From Myxococcota bacterium (GTDB lineage Bacteria; Myxococcota; Kuafuiibacteriia; Kuafuiibacteriales; Kuafuiibacteriaceae): 64,000 nt of DNA. The stretch covers positions 206,484 through 270,483 of the forward strand of contig JBCCQA010000001.1 in assembly GCA_039024635.1 (NCBI GenBank). The letters are read 5' to 3'. The translations under genes were made by a program, and so were the position numbers. Within the stretch, counting starts at the first letter, position 1. Every line of letters starts with the position of its first letter. This document shows, piece by piece, positions 47,680-57,277 of the stretch. The notes beneath the pieces were generated by a model. That model did not search any database, was not told the DNA's origin, and saw only the letters and a list, made by a program, of their open reading frames with translations.

Positions 47680-49065
47680 TCAGCCGGACGGGGCGGGTCG
47701 AAACACCCGGTCCATTCCGTCCGGCGGCATCAGTCGGAGGAGGCCCTCTCGAAGCTCGACTTTGTAGCGGGTCTCGGGCGAGACCCGGAGTTCGAACTCG
47801 CCCTCGGCCATGGGCACGATGCGGATGGTCTGGTCCACCATGAGGCCTTGGTCGAGGGCTTCGAAGCGAAGACGGTCAGTCGTGAGTCGAAGGCGGGCTC
47901 CGCGGGAGCGGATCGCGACCGCCCTGGCGGCGGGCCATTTCGCCTCGCCGGCGTACTCTGGGAACACGGTCACGCCGCCGGGCGCGCCCCGCCACGGGCC
48001 GAGCAGGCCGGCGAGTGGATCCCGCGGCGCCAAAAGGAACGTCAAACCGGCCGCCGCTCCGGCTAGGAGCGCACCAGAGCCGACGAGCAGGGCCCGTCTC
48101 GCCGCGGGGGGAGGAGGCTGGTCTTGGGCTACTTGAAGCCGGGTCCGTACCACGTCGACGAGTCCGGGCGACGGAGGGTCGGGCGGCGGCGCCTCCCAAG
48201 ATTCCAAGAGCTCGTCGGCGTCGTGGGGACGGTCCCCGGGCTTGGGCTGCAAGAGTCGCTGAAGCCAAGGCGGACCATCGCCGTTTCGCGCGGCTTCCAT
48301 CCGCGCCGCTTCCAAGGGCTCGCCGTGTTCGAGCGCCACCGCCAGAGCGCCAAGGCTATATAGGTCTCCCGCGGGCTGCCAGGCGAGGGGCTGGTCGAGG
48401 GCCTCCGGAGGAAGGCACAGGCGCTCCGACTCGGTCATGCCCTGGCTCAGTTCGGGCTCGAACCAGCCCACGTCCACCAGGCGGGCCTGGCCGCCTTTAG
48501 TCAGGGCGACGGTCCACGGGTTCACGCCCATGTAGGCGACGCCTCGGCGGTGGAAGGGGACGAGGCTTCGCAGGATATCCTGCACGATGGACTCCAGAGC
48601 CCCATCGCGGAAACGCTCCCCCTGTTGGAGTAGCTCCCCGAGGCGGGCGCCCGCTTCGTACTCGAGGATGGCATAGCTGGTCCCGTTGAACATGGGTTTG
48701 GCCCGAAGGCCGACCAGACCCTCTCCCTGCAGGGCCGCCATTCGATCGCAGCGGAGCAGAAAGCCCCGAAGTCCTCGTCCCCAGCGGGCCTGGTCTTCGG
48801 GCGCTACGACGAGCCGGCCCTCTTCCTCTCGGGTGGCGAGGCCGAGGGGCGCGTACTCTCGGATGCTCACCAAGCTCTCGGTCTGCTGGTCGACGCCGAA
48901 ATGGGAGAAGCCGAGGGGGTCCCGTCGGCGCAGCGCAGCCACCAGGTAGCGGCCCTGGAGCAAGGTGCCCGACTCCAGGGGGCCGGGCAGACAGCGAGGA
49001 CAAGGGCCAGGGGCCCTGGAGGCCCCGCAGTCCCGACAGACCGAAGGCGAGTCAGCGTCGGTCAC
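47680..49065 (-). CDS. Zinc-ribbon + kinase-fold pseudokinase with TM anchor
   Basis: An N-terminal CRDCG...CPRC zinc ribbon precedes a kinase-like core with degenerate motifs (LVSIREY lacks the VAIK Lys; HRRGVAYMGVNPWTV replaces HRDLKPxN; DVGWF replaces DFG; GDLYSLG is retained). A TM helix LLVGSGALLAGAAAGLTFLL is present. Confidence 0.5.
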   Translation of the reverse strand: MTDADSPSVCRDCGASRAPGPCPRCLPGPLESGTLLQGRYLVAALRRRDPLGFSHFGVDQQTESLVSIREYAPLGLATREEEGRLVVAPEDQARWGRGLRGFLLRCDRMAALQGEGLVGLRAKPMFNGTSYAILEYEAGARLGELLQQGERFRDGALESIVQDILRSLVPFHRRGVAYMGVNPWTVALTKGGQARLVDVGWFEPELSQGMTESERLCLPPEALDQPLAWQPAGDLYSLGALAVALEHGEPLEAARMEAARNGDGPPWLQRLLQPKPGDRPHDADELLESWEAPPPDPPSPGLVDVVRTRLQVAQDQPPPPAARRALLVGSGALLAGAAAGLTFLLAPRDPLAGLLGPWRGAPGGVTVFPEYAGEAKWPAARAVAIRSRGARLRLTTDRLRFEALDQGLMVDQTIRIVPMAEGEFELRVSPETRYKVELREGLLRLMPPDGMDRVFRPAPSG

Positions 49066-49257
49066 GCCCGGGTCATCGGATCCTCAGGCCCATGGCGCAA
49101 GCAGAAGAGCCTTCGCCTCGCGAGAGCGGTCCCGGCTCCTTCGCATGGGGATGGTAAACGATGATCCTTGGGCAATGGCCGGCGGTCCCCGGGCGCCCTT
49201 CGGAGACGGGCCGATGGCGAAGTCGCGCGAGGCTCGGCTGTGCTACGGGGCTGGGTG

Positions 49258-51024
49258 ATGTCGGGTCCGGATGTCCATCACCGCTGGCGAGGGCTGCGCA
49301 CCCTGGGCGGTGGGCTCGCCCTCCTCGCCGCGCTCATGCTCCTGCACGGCGGGTGGCTAGCCAGCTACTGGGCGAACTCGGCCCGGGACGGCTACTACAC
49401 CGACGACGTCCGCAACCTCCTGGGCTTCTTCGTCTACCAGACGCCGGAGGCGTTCCGCCAAGACGACGTGGTCGGCGCCTACTCTCGGGCTCAGTCTCCC
49501 TTTCTCCACTGGGCGCTGGTCGCGGCCTTCGCCAAGATGGGCCTTCTTCGGGAGCTCACCCAGTTCGGCCCCCCGGTGCTGTGGGTGCTCACGAGCCTGC
49601 TCGCCGCTCGGGTGGGGGCCGCGCTCGGGCGGTGGCCCGGTGCCCTCCTCGCCGCCACCCTGGTGCTTTGCGTACCCATCTACCCGGAGCGGATCTCCGG
49701 ACTGTTGTCCCGGGCTCTGTGCTTCCCCGCCGTATTCTGGTTCGCCCATGGACTGGTGCGCGACCGGCCCCGGGAGGCCGGGGCGGCCGTCATCGTACTC
49801 GCTGGCTTCTATCCGACGGTTGCGGCGGCCCTTGGTTTCGGCTTCGCTGGATGGCGGCTCTTCGCCACGAGCTCGGAGCCTCTGCGACACCGCGTCCGAA
49901 CGGTGGCCATCGTGGGGGGGCTGTCCGTTTTGCTCCTCGTTCCCACCGTGGTTCGGCTGGCCGAGTTCGGTGAGACCACCTCGCCCGCTGATTGGGGCCA
50001 GTACCCGGAGGCCGGTCCAGGGGGGATCTTGGGCCCGAACAACCTCTATCCCTGGCGAAGCGTGCTCCATGAGCTGAACAGCGTCCAGAGCCGCCTCTTC
50101 GACGACGGACCGTGGCTCGAGGGTCCTCGCCAGACTCTGGGCGGCCCGCTGTTCGAAGACACGATCTTCTACCTGGCCTTCGGCCTCCTTGGGCTCAGTG
50201 CCCGCCGCAATCCCCGGGCCCGACGCTTCCTTCTGCTCGGAGCGGCCGCGCTCTTCGGCCACTGGGTGACCCGACTCTTCTATCCCTGGATGTACGTTCC
50301 GACCCGTTCTCTCACCTATGTGTGGCCGCCCTTCTTTCTTCTGGCCGTAGTGTGTGGCGCGACCGAACTCAGCCGTCGGCTCAACGTCGGCTTACGCAGG
50401 ATCGGCAGCTGGGCGGCGGCCAGAGACCTCTTCCCGTCTCCTCGACCCATGTACCGACATGGTCCCTGGGTGCTTCGTTGGACCGTATTCGGCTTCGTCT
50501 TGGCCGCCATGTCGGGCCCCGGCGACGCCCGGGCCGGCTTCGTGTTTCAGCGACCCGAAGAGGACCTCGCACTGGGGCGCTTCGTCGCAGCCCTGCCTCC
50601 GTCCACCCTGGTGGCCGGCTTGCCGAGCGACGACATGAGCAACTTGGCGTGGATCAGCGGACGGCAAGCCTTCATGACGGGCGAGATGCACATTCCTCAC
50701 CACAAGGGCTACTTGGAGCAGCTTCGGCCGAGGCTGTACGCTTTCTTCGACGCCTATCTCGCGCACGAGCCCGGTCGCATCATCGCCTTCGCCGAGACTT
50801 ATGGCGTGACCCACTTTCTCGTCGACGACCGCCACTTCGATGAGGAGCCTTTCGGCTACATGCGCCCCTTCGGCGCCCGTGTTCGATCCCGCTATCGCCA
50901 AAGCCGAAGAAGGGGTGGATTCGCGCTGGCGCGGCTCGGCCCCAAAGCGACCGTGGCTCAGCATGGCGACGTGCGCATCGTCTCGGTGGAGAAGCTTCGC
51001 GCCGTTTTGAACGAGGCGCCCTAG
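49258..51024 (+). CDS. Polytopic integral membrane protein of unknown function (possible ArnT/PMT-like glycosyltransferase fold)
   Basis: The start is taken at MSGPDVHH. At least 10 hydrophobic helices are followed by a ~170-aa C-terminal soluble domain. No motif was recognised. Confidence 0.4.
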   Translation: MSGPDVHHRWRGLRTLGGGLALLAALMLLHGGWLASYWANSARDGYYTDDVRNLLGFFVYQTPEAFRQDDVVGAYSRAQSPFLHWALVAAFAKMGLLRELTQFGPPVLWVLTSLLAARVGAALGRWPGALLAATLVLCVPIYPERISGLLSRALCFPAVFWFAHGLVRDRPREAGAAVIVLAGFYPTVAAALGFGFAGWRLFATSSEPLRHRVRTVAIVGGLSVLLLVPTVVRLAEFGETTSPADWGQYPEAGPGGILGPNNLYPWRSVLHELNSVQSRLFDDGPWLEGPRQTLGGPLFEDTIFYLAFGLLGLSARRNPRARRFLLLGAAALFGHWVTRLFYPWMYVPTRSLTYVWPPFFLLAVVCGATELSRRLNVGLRRIGSWAAARDLFPSPRPMYRHGPWVLRWTVFGFVLAAMSGPGDARAGFVFQRPEEDLALGRFVAALPPSTLVAGLPSDDMSNLAWISGRQAFMTGEMHIPHHKGYLEQLRPRLYAFFDAYLAHEPGRIIAFAETYGVTHFLVDDRHFDEEPFGYMRPFGARVRSRYRQSRRRGGFALARLGPKATVAQHGDVRIVSVEKLRAVLNEAP

Positions 51025-51115
51025 TTCGATGGGCGCTTCTCCTGGCCTTGGGCCTGGATACCGGAGAGCCTCCGCCGGTCAGGCTCCGCCAGACGGCGGA
51101 TCCAAGACCCAATGG

Positions 51116-52543
51116 ATGGAAGGGGCTCCAGGCGACCCGATGAACCAAGCCTCTTTCAGCGAAGCTGCCCCGAGCGAAGACGTGCCCGGTCTTGGCTCGG
51201 TCGCCGTTTGGGCGGTGGTGGCGGTTCAGTTCGCACCGACCTTCATGTTCTCGGGAGTCGCGGTGATCTTGCCCCATCTGGGGGCGGAGCTGGGCGCGGG
51301 CTCCGTGGCGCTGGGTTTGGTCGAGACCCTCTTCTTGGGCGGCAGCCTTTCGATGCTCCTGCCCGCTGGCTTGTTGGCCGACGCCTGGGACAAGCGAAGC
51401 TTGTTCAAGTTGGGATTGAGCGGCTTCGCCCTCACCTCCCTCGCCGTGGCGATGTCCAGCTCCATGCCCGTCATCCTCGGGATTCGTCTCCTCCAGGGCG
51501 TGTGCGCCGCGACCTGTGCCGCCACCGGTCCGGGCATGCTGACGGAGCTGGTCCCGTCCCATCAGCGGGGGCGGGCCTTTGGAGCTTCGATCGCCTCCAC
51601 CTATCTGGGGCTGGCCTTCGGGCCCGTTTGTGCCGGTCTGATCGTCCAGAGTCTGGGGTGGCGCGCGGTGTTCACCATCGGTGGGCTGGTGCTCTTCGTG
51701 GGTCTGGCTCTGGTGCAGCTCTTCTTGCGCTCAGGCCTCCCTCCGCTCCTTCGTCGACCCCCTCTGGACGGGGTCGCGCTGAGCGGCGGCGCTGTCCTCA
51801 GCCTCGTCCTCGGAACGGCCGAGGTGAACACGATCTTCGGGCCCGGTCTCCTCGGCTTGGGCGTTCTCCTGGTCGGCCTGTTCGTGCGGCGACAGCTGTT
51901 AAGCGAGCGCCCTCTCCTCGACCTGGGCAGCATCATCGGCAACTTGGCCCTCCGGGACGCGCTGCTCATTCAGGTGATGCTGTACCTGCACGCCTTCGCG
52001 TCGGTCTTCATGCTGAGCCTCTACCTGCAGCAGGTGCTCGGGGCGCCGCCCCGTGATGCGGGCTTCGTCTTAGCGGGCGGGACCGCCTTCATGGCGGTCA
52101 TGGCCCCCCTCTCGGGCGGGCTCGCCGACCGCTTCGGACCCCTCCGCGTGGCCGCGGTCGGCGTCGCTTTCGTCCTGCTCAGCGCCGGCCTGGGCGCGGT
52201 GCTTCGACCGGCCTGGGGGCTTTGGGGGCCTTTGGCCATCATGGGTGGCCACGGCGCAGGCTTTGGGATGTTCAGCTCCTCGAACATGACGACCATCATG
52301 GGGGCGGTGCAGCCCGGCCAGTCGGGCAGGGCGGGCTCTTGGGCGGCGATGGCGCGCTCCATCGGGATGCTCGGGGGGATGCTGCTGACCTCGCTCTCGA
52401 TCTCGCTCGCCTTGGGCAAAGCAGGGGTCGAGGCCGCGCCCGAGGCTTTCCTCGGAGCCATGCACGGAGCCTATGGAACGATCTGCGTCGGGCTCTTCGT
52501 AGCCGCCTTGGTCTCGGTCCGGCGCATCCTGCGCCCAAGCTGA
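51116..52543 (+). CDS. MFS transporter (DHA-like)
   Basis: There are twelve to fourteen TM helices and the MFS signatures GxLaDrxGrr-like (LLADAWDKRSLFKLGL) and GPxxGG (FGPVCAGLIVQ). The start is chosen at MEGAPGDPMNQ. Confidence 0.75.
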   Translation: MEGAPGDPMNQASFSEAAPSEDVPGLGSVAVWAVVAVQFAPTFMFSGVAVILPHLGAELGAGSVALGLVETLFLGGSLSMLLPAGLLADAWDKRSLFKLGLSGFALTSLAVAMSSSMPVILGIRLLQGVCAATCAATGPGMLTELVPSHQRGRAFGASIASTYLGLAFGPVCAGLIVQSLGWRAVFTIGGLVLFVGLALVQLFLRSGLPPLLRRPPLDGVALSGGAVLSLVLGTAEVNTIFGPGLLGLGVLLVGLFVRRQLLSERPLLDLGSIIGNLALRDALLIQVMLYLHAFASVFMLSLYLQQVLGAPPRDAGFVLAGGTAFMAVMAPLSGGLADRFGPLRVAAVGVAFVLLSAGLGAVLRPAWGLWGPLAIMGGHGAGFGMFSSSNMTTIMGAVQPGQSGRAGSWAAMARSIGMLGGMLLTSLSISLALGKAGVEAAPEAFLGAMHGAYGTICVGLFVAALVSVRRILRPS

Positions 52544-52547
52544 AAAC

Positions 52548-52590
52548 AATAAAGCCCGCGAGCGCCCAAGAGCGCCGCGGGGCAGTCGGA
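52548..52590 (-). terminator. Rho-independent terminator candidate for the fasciclin gene (minus strand), possibly bidirectional with the MFS gene
   Basis: On the minus strand, CCCGCGGCGC..GCGCTCGCGGG forms an imperfect stem followed by CTTTATTGTTTT. Confidence 0.4.
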
Positions 52591-52604
52591 CATCGCCCCC
52601 GGGC

Positions 52605-53147
52605 TCACTCGGGGAGGAGCACGGTGTCGATGACGTGGATGATGCCGTTGGAGGCCTTGACGTCGGCCTGGGTCACGACGGCGGCGTCGTTGAGGACGAC
52701 CTTGCCGTCGCGAACGGCCACGCTGACTTTGTTGCCGCTGAGGGTCGAGGCGCTGGACAGGTCCATGACCTGCTTGGCGGGGACCTTACCTTCGACGACG
52801 TGGTAGGTGAGGATTCCGACGAGCTGGTCCTTGTTCTCGGGCTTGAGCAGGCTGTCCAGGGTGCCGGCGGGCAGCTTCTCGAAGGCGGCGTCGGTGGGGG
52901 CAAAGACCGTGAAGGGTCCGGGGCCCTTGAGCGCGCCGACCAGACCGCCGGCCTTGAGGGCCGCGGCCAAGGTGTTGAAGCCCGCGCCGACGGCCACGTC
53001 GACGATGTCGCCGCCGGCGGCGGCCGGAGCCGAGGCGGCAGGCTGGGAAGCGGGGGCCGAGCCGCCGCCGGGGCCTTCATCGGAACTCTTGTTGCCGGCG
53101 CAGCCGACGAGGAAAGCGGTGAGGGTGAGTGCAGTCTTGAACTTCAT
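52605..53147 (-). CDS. Fasciclin (FAS1) domain lipoprotein
   Basis: The lipobox is [21 protein letters not shown]1 motifs are [21 protein letters not shown] and [13 protein letters not shown]. Confidence 0.85.
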   Translation of the reverse strand: MKFKTALTLTAFLVGCAGNKSSDEGPGGGSAPASQPAASAPAAAGGDIVDVAVGAGFNTLAAALKAGGLVGALKGPGPFTVFAPTDAAFEKLPAGTLDSLLKPENKDQLVGILTYHVVEGKVPAKQVMDLSSASTLSGNKVSVAVRDGKVVLNDAAVVTQADVKASNGIIHVIDTVLLPE

Positions 53148-53206
53148 GTGAGACGTTTCCTGGGCCTCCCGGAGGGTCTCCCCGGGAGGCACCGGAGCCG
53201 CCTAGC

Positions 53207-54121
53207 TCACATGTTGCCGACGTTGAAGCAGAACCCGTTGGACTGCTCTCCATCGACGTCGAGCACCATGACCGCGAAAACATCCTCCATCATGGAGGCC
53301 CGGCAGAGGCTGAAGACGACGTTGAATTCGTTGTTTCCGAGGTCGGCCACCGAGGGGTGGCTGGGGGTGCCCACCCCGTTCGAGAAAACGAAGCGCTCTG
53401 CATCCATACCCGGGTCGGAACCCCGAATCTGCCGGATACCCTGGCTGTTGATGGCGGTTGGCAGGCCGTCCTCGCTGTAGACGGTGGCCTGGAAGCTAAG
53501 GGCGTTGGCGGCGGTGCAGTTCGACTCGTCTCCCTCGAGATCTGCGTTGCCCAAGAAACCGACATTCGTGATGACGGGACCGCCGGGCTCTCGAGCCTCT
53601 CCCCAAACCAGAGTGGGTGCACAGCCGGAGCTGACGTCGTCGGCCGCTACGCACATGTCGAAGTCCGGGTTGTCGGGGTCGTCCTGACAGAGATCACCGG
53701 TGGGCGCACAGTCCGTGACCGAGTTGCAGCTTGGTACGACGCAGCTCATGTCCGCGCAGACCTCACCGAAATTGCAGTCGGTTGCGTCCGTGCAGTCGCC
53801 AGTCATCGAGTCGGGTACGCACTGGCCATTGTCGCAGATCTCGCCCCCACCACAGTCGCTGGCGTCTGTGCAGCCGCCGCCGCCGTTCCCGCTTGCGCAG
53901 ATGCCGACCGACGTGTCGCAAGTGCCGCCCACCGCCATGCATTCCTCGTCGGTCGTGCATGTGGTTTCGCCCTCGTCCACGCAGAAGCCGGCCGGACTGC
54001 AGATCTCGGTGGCCCCGCACTCGGTGAAGTCGGTGCAAGGGGTCAGCTCGGGATCCTCGTCGCCGCAGCCGATCATTGGAATCAGACAGATCGCGCCCAG
54101 CGCGAAGGGGATTCTCGTCAT
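53207..54121 (-). CDS. Cys-rich secreted lipoprotein (TDxxDC-type repeats) with a C-terminal globular domain
   Basis: The lipobox is MTRIPFALGAICLIPMIGCG. Repeats include CTDFTEC, CTTDEEC, CTDASDCGGGEIC and CTDATDCNFGEVC. The longer 545-aa ORF upstream is low-complexity and was rejected. Confidence 0.45.
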   Translation of the reverse strand: MTRIPFALGAICLIPMIGCGDEDPELTPCTDFTECGATEICSPAGFCVDEGETTCTTDEECMAVGGTCDTSVGICASGNGGGGCTDASDCGGGEICDNGQCVPDSMTGDCTDATDCNFGEVCADMSCVVPSCNSVTDCAPTGDLCQDDPDNPDFDMCVAADDVSSGCAPTLVWGEAREPGGPVITNVGFLGNADLEGDESNCTAANALSFQATVYSEDGLPTAINSQGIRQIRGSDPGMDAERFVFSNGVGTPSHPSVADLGNNEFNVVFSLCRASMMEDVFAVMVLDVDGEQSNGFCFNVGNM

Positions 54122-54240
54122 GACCGGCGACTTAGCTCCGCTCCGCATCCACCGCAAGGGGCGTCGATCGAGGGTGCGCGCCCTCTCATTCGACGGCGCA
54201 GCGGGCGGAAAGGTCGAAATCCTGCCTCTACCTTCGGCCC

Positions 54241-54753
54241 CTAGTACTGGGCCTCTTCCTTGATCTCTTCCAGGCGGCGCCGGATGTCGGTCCGGAGTTC
54301 GCGACGGAGTTTCGCTTCCGCATTTCGTCGCCGCTCCACGCCCGTCTCGGGCACGAAAGGGGGCACCGAAACAGAGTCGCGGCCCGACTTGGCCACCATG
54401 GTGAAGTAGCAGGTCACGGCGTGGGTCGAGCGCCGAGTCTTCACGTCCTCGGTGACGACCTTGATTCCGATCTCCATGCTTGACCGACCCGTGTAGTTCA
54501 CGGCGGCCAAGAAAGTCACGAGGTCCCCGACGTGGATCGGCTGCCGGAACTCGACCTGGTCTACGGAAACTGTGACCACGTAGCGCCCCGAGTACCGGGA
54601 GGCGCAGGCGTAGGCGACTTCGTCCAGCATCTTGAGGAGTGCGCCGCCGTGGACGTTGCCCGAGAAGTTGGCCTTGTCCGGCGTCATGAGCACCGTCATG
54701 GTCAGCTCCTTGGCCGGGATCGGGTTGGTGAAATCGCTCACTCGTTCTCCCAT
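54241..54753 (-). CDS. Acyl-CoA thioesterase (hotdog fold, YciA-like)
   Basis: The NFSGNVHGGALLKMLDEVAYACA motif is typical of YciA/acyl-CoA thioester hydrolases. Confidence 0.8.
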   Translation of the reverse strand: MGERVSDFTNPIPAKELTMTVLMTPDKANFSGNVHGGALLKMLDEVAYACASRYSGRYVVTVSVDQVEFRQPIHVGDLVTFLAAVNYTGRSSMEIGIKVVTEDVKTRRSTHAVTCYFTMVAKSGRDSVSVPPFVPETGVERRRNAEAKLRRELRTDIRRRLEEIKEEAQY

Positions 54754-55021
54754 GCGGGCGCGAGGTCGAAACCGTCCAGGACCAAGCCCGACCGCTCACT
54801 CGCACGCTTGACCAAGTCCTCCGCCGAGGCGTCCACCGAAGCAAGGCTCGTCGGGAACAAGTGGATCAAACGGGCGCCGTCGACCGCGAAGGATCGCCCG
54901 TCGACGTGATGTCAGTGCTTCGTCCTGGCCCAGGCCGGGGTAGGGTCCAAAGCACACGGCCGTCGAGCTGAAGTCGACGGCGCGCTCTCCTCTTTGAAGT
55001 CCAGCGACAAGGGAGGGGATG

Positions 55022-56521
55022 TCACGCGCCTTCTTGGTCTATGGGCTCCCAACCTCGAGCCCGCTTCAACGCCTCGCTCCATCGCCCTCGAAGGCGTCGC
55101 GCTTCTTCCGCCTTCATGAGGGGCTCGAAGCTACGGTCGACGGCGAAGTTGGCGCGTACATCGTCCAGATCTCTCCAAAAGCCCACCGCGAGCCCGGCCA
55201 GGTAGGCTGCGCCGAGGGCCGTGGTCTCGATGACCTTTGGACGTACGACGGGCACTTGGAGGATGTCGGACTGAAACTGCATCAGGAGATCGTTGGCGGC
55301 GGCTCCACCGTCGACCCGAAGTTCGGTCAACTCGGTGGAGGCGTCGGCCTTCATGGCTTCGGCTACGTCGGCCACCTGATAGGCGATACCTTCCAGGGCG
55401 GCGCGAGCGACATGGGCTTTGGTCGTGCCGCGGGTCATGCCGACCATGAGTCCTCGGGCATACTGGTCCCAGTGCGGTGCGCCCAGTCCCGCGAAGGCGG
55501 GGACCAGATAGACACCGCCATTGTCCTCCACCGAAGCCGCCAGATCCTCCACTTCGTGGGACGAGGCAAAGAGGCCCAGCCCGTCCCGTAGCCACTGAAC
55601 GACTGCGCCTCCGATGAACACGCTCCCTTCCAGCGCATAGGTCCGCTGGTCCTCCGCCCTGCGCCACCCCGCCGTGGACAGCAGCCGATGGTTCGAAGGT
55701 CGAGGGCGCTCGCCCACGTTCATGAGAAGGAAGCAGCCCGTGCCGTAGGTGTTCTTGGCGGCGCCGACTTCGAAGCAGGTCTGTCCGAACAGCGCTGCCT
55801 GCTGGTCCCCGCCGATTCCGGCGATCGGGAGGGCCTGACCGAAGAGCCCGGAGTTGGTCTCGCCCACGATCTCCGAAGAGCCCCTCACTTCGGGGAGAAG
55901 GGCGGCGGGAATATCGAGCCTGTCGAGCAGCCAGGGATCCCAAGCGTCTTCGGACAGATTGAAGAGCATGGTTCGAGACGCGTTGCTGACGTCGGTCACG
56001 TGCACCCGTCCGCCGGTTAGCTTCCAGATGAGCCAAGAGTCGATGGTGCCAAAGGCCAGGTGCCCGGCCTCGGCGTCGGCGCGGGCTCCAGGCACCTGGT
56101 CCAGGAGCCATCGGATCTTCGATGCCGAGAAGTAGGCGTCGATGACGAGGCCGGTTCGGCGCTGAACTTCGGGCTGAAGCCCCTCGGCGCGAAGCCCATC
56201 GCAGAAGCCCGCCGTCCGGCGGTCCTGCCAAACGATGGCGTTGTGAATCGGACGTCCGCTGCGACGGTCCCAGATCAGCGTCGTCTCCCGCTGGTTGGTG
56301 ATGCCCAAGGCGCGAACGTCCTGAACGCCGTCCATGACCTCCTGGGCCACGGCGAGCTGGCTGGCCCAGATGGCCTCTGGGTCGTGTTCGACCCAGCCGG
56401 GTTGGGGAAACAGCTGCTCGAACTCACGCTGGGCCGTCTTCACGGCCAGCCCGGCCCGGTCGAAGAGGATGGCCCGACTGCTCGTGGTTCCCTGGTCGAG
56501 GGCGAGGATGGTCCCGCTCAT
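55022..56521 (-). CDS. glpK: Glycerol kinase
   Basis: The N-terminus [17 protein letters not shown], plus GWVEHDP, GAIFGLTRGT-like and [18 protein letters not shown] regions, are canonical GlpK. Length is 499 aa. Confidence 0.95.
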   Translation of the reverse strand: MSGTILALDQGTTSSRAILFDRAGLAVKTAQREFEQLFPQPGWVEHDPEAIWASQLAVAQEVMDGVQDVRALGITNQRETTLIWDRRSGRPIHNAIVWQDRRTAGFCDGLRAEGLQPEVQRRTGLVIDAYFSASKIRWLLDQVPGARADAEAGHLAFGTIDSWLIWKLTGGRVHVTDVSNASRTMLFNLSEDAWDPWLLDRLDIPAALLPEVRGSSEIVGETNSGLFGQALPIAGIGGDQQAALFGQTCFEVGAAKNTYGTGCFLLMNVGERPRPSNHRLLSTAGWRRAEDQRTYALEGSVFIGGAVVQWLRDGLGLFASSHEVEDLAASVEDNGGVYLVPAFAGLGAPHWDQYARGLMVGMTRGTTKAHVARAALEGIAYQVADVAEAMKADASTELTELRVDGGAAANDLLMQFQSDILQVPVVRPKVIETTALGAAYLAGLAVGFWRDLDDVRANFAVDRSFEPLMKAEEARRLRGRWSEALKRARGWEPIDQEGA

Positions 56522-56647
56522 GGCGGGAGGCTAGCGCGGGGGGCCTACCCTTGAAACAGCCTCCGAGGGCGGCGTCTCCACGCTGCCATCGCCTCCGAAG
56601 GGACTCGTCCCAAACATGAGCGGCAAAGGGACCGCGGAGGACTGGGC

Positions 56648-57208
56648 TCAGTCTGCGGCAGAGGCAGCGTCTTTGGCCGCCGTTTGGACCTTGGCCGGCG
56701 CCGTTCTCGTCTGAGGCGCGCGGTCTTTGAAGTCCAAGGAAGCCGAGTTGATGCAGTAGCGAAGACCCGTGGGGGCCGGGCCGTCGCGGAACACGTGGCC
56801 CAAGTGGCCGCCGCAGTGGCTGCAGCGGACCTCGGTGCGGGTCATGCCGTAGCTGTGGTCCCGTAGCCGTTCTATGGCTTCGGACTTCAAGGGCTGGAAG
56901 AAGCTGGGCCAGCCGGTCCCGCTGTCGAATTTGGTCTTCGATGAGAATAGAGCTTGGCCGCAGCCGCCGCACACATAGGTGCCATCGGCGTGGTGATCGT
57001 GGAACTCGCCCGTGAATGCGCGCTCCGTTCCGGACTCTCGCAGGATCCGGAACTCGAGGTCCGAAAGCTGCTTCCGCCACTCGGCTTCGCTCTTCTCGAG
57101 GGCATAGGGTCCACCCTTAGGGTGCTCGCCTGGTTTGGCGAGAGCGGTGCAGGCCGCGGCCAGCCCGGCCAGGGTCAAGACGACGAAGGCGATCTTCATG
57201 ACACTCAT
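56648..57208 (-). CDS. msrB: Peptide-methionine (R)-S-oxide reductase MsrB with signal peptide
   Basis: The SelR motifs [11 protein letters not shown]...[17 protein letters not shown] (zinc Cys4 + catalytic Cys) are present, preceded by an N-terminal signal peptide. Confidence 0.9.
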   Translation of the reverse strand: MSVMKIAFVVLTLAGLAAACTALAKPGEHPKGGPYALEKSEAEWRKQLSDLEFRILRESGTERAFTGEFHDHHADGTYVCGGCGQALFSSKTKFDSGTGWPSFFQPLKSEAIERLRDHSYGMTRTEVRCSHCGGHLGHVFRDGPAPTGLRYCINSASLDFKDRAPQTRTAPAKVQTAAKDAASAAD

Positions 57209-57277
57209 CTAACGGCTCCGGTAAGGAGAGGTTACCCAAGCCTTGCCTCCCTGACCGCCAGAAACGATGGTTCGGCC

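Noticed and set aside
53207-54844. Full 545-aa minus ORF
   Set aside because: The N-terminal 240 aa are Arg/Pro/Gly low-complexity sequence. The true gene most likely starts at the internal MTRIPFALGAICLIPMIGCG lipoprotein signal (54121).
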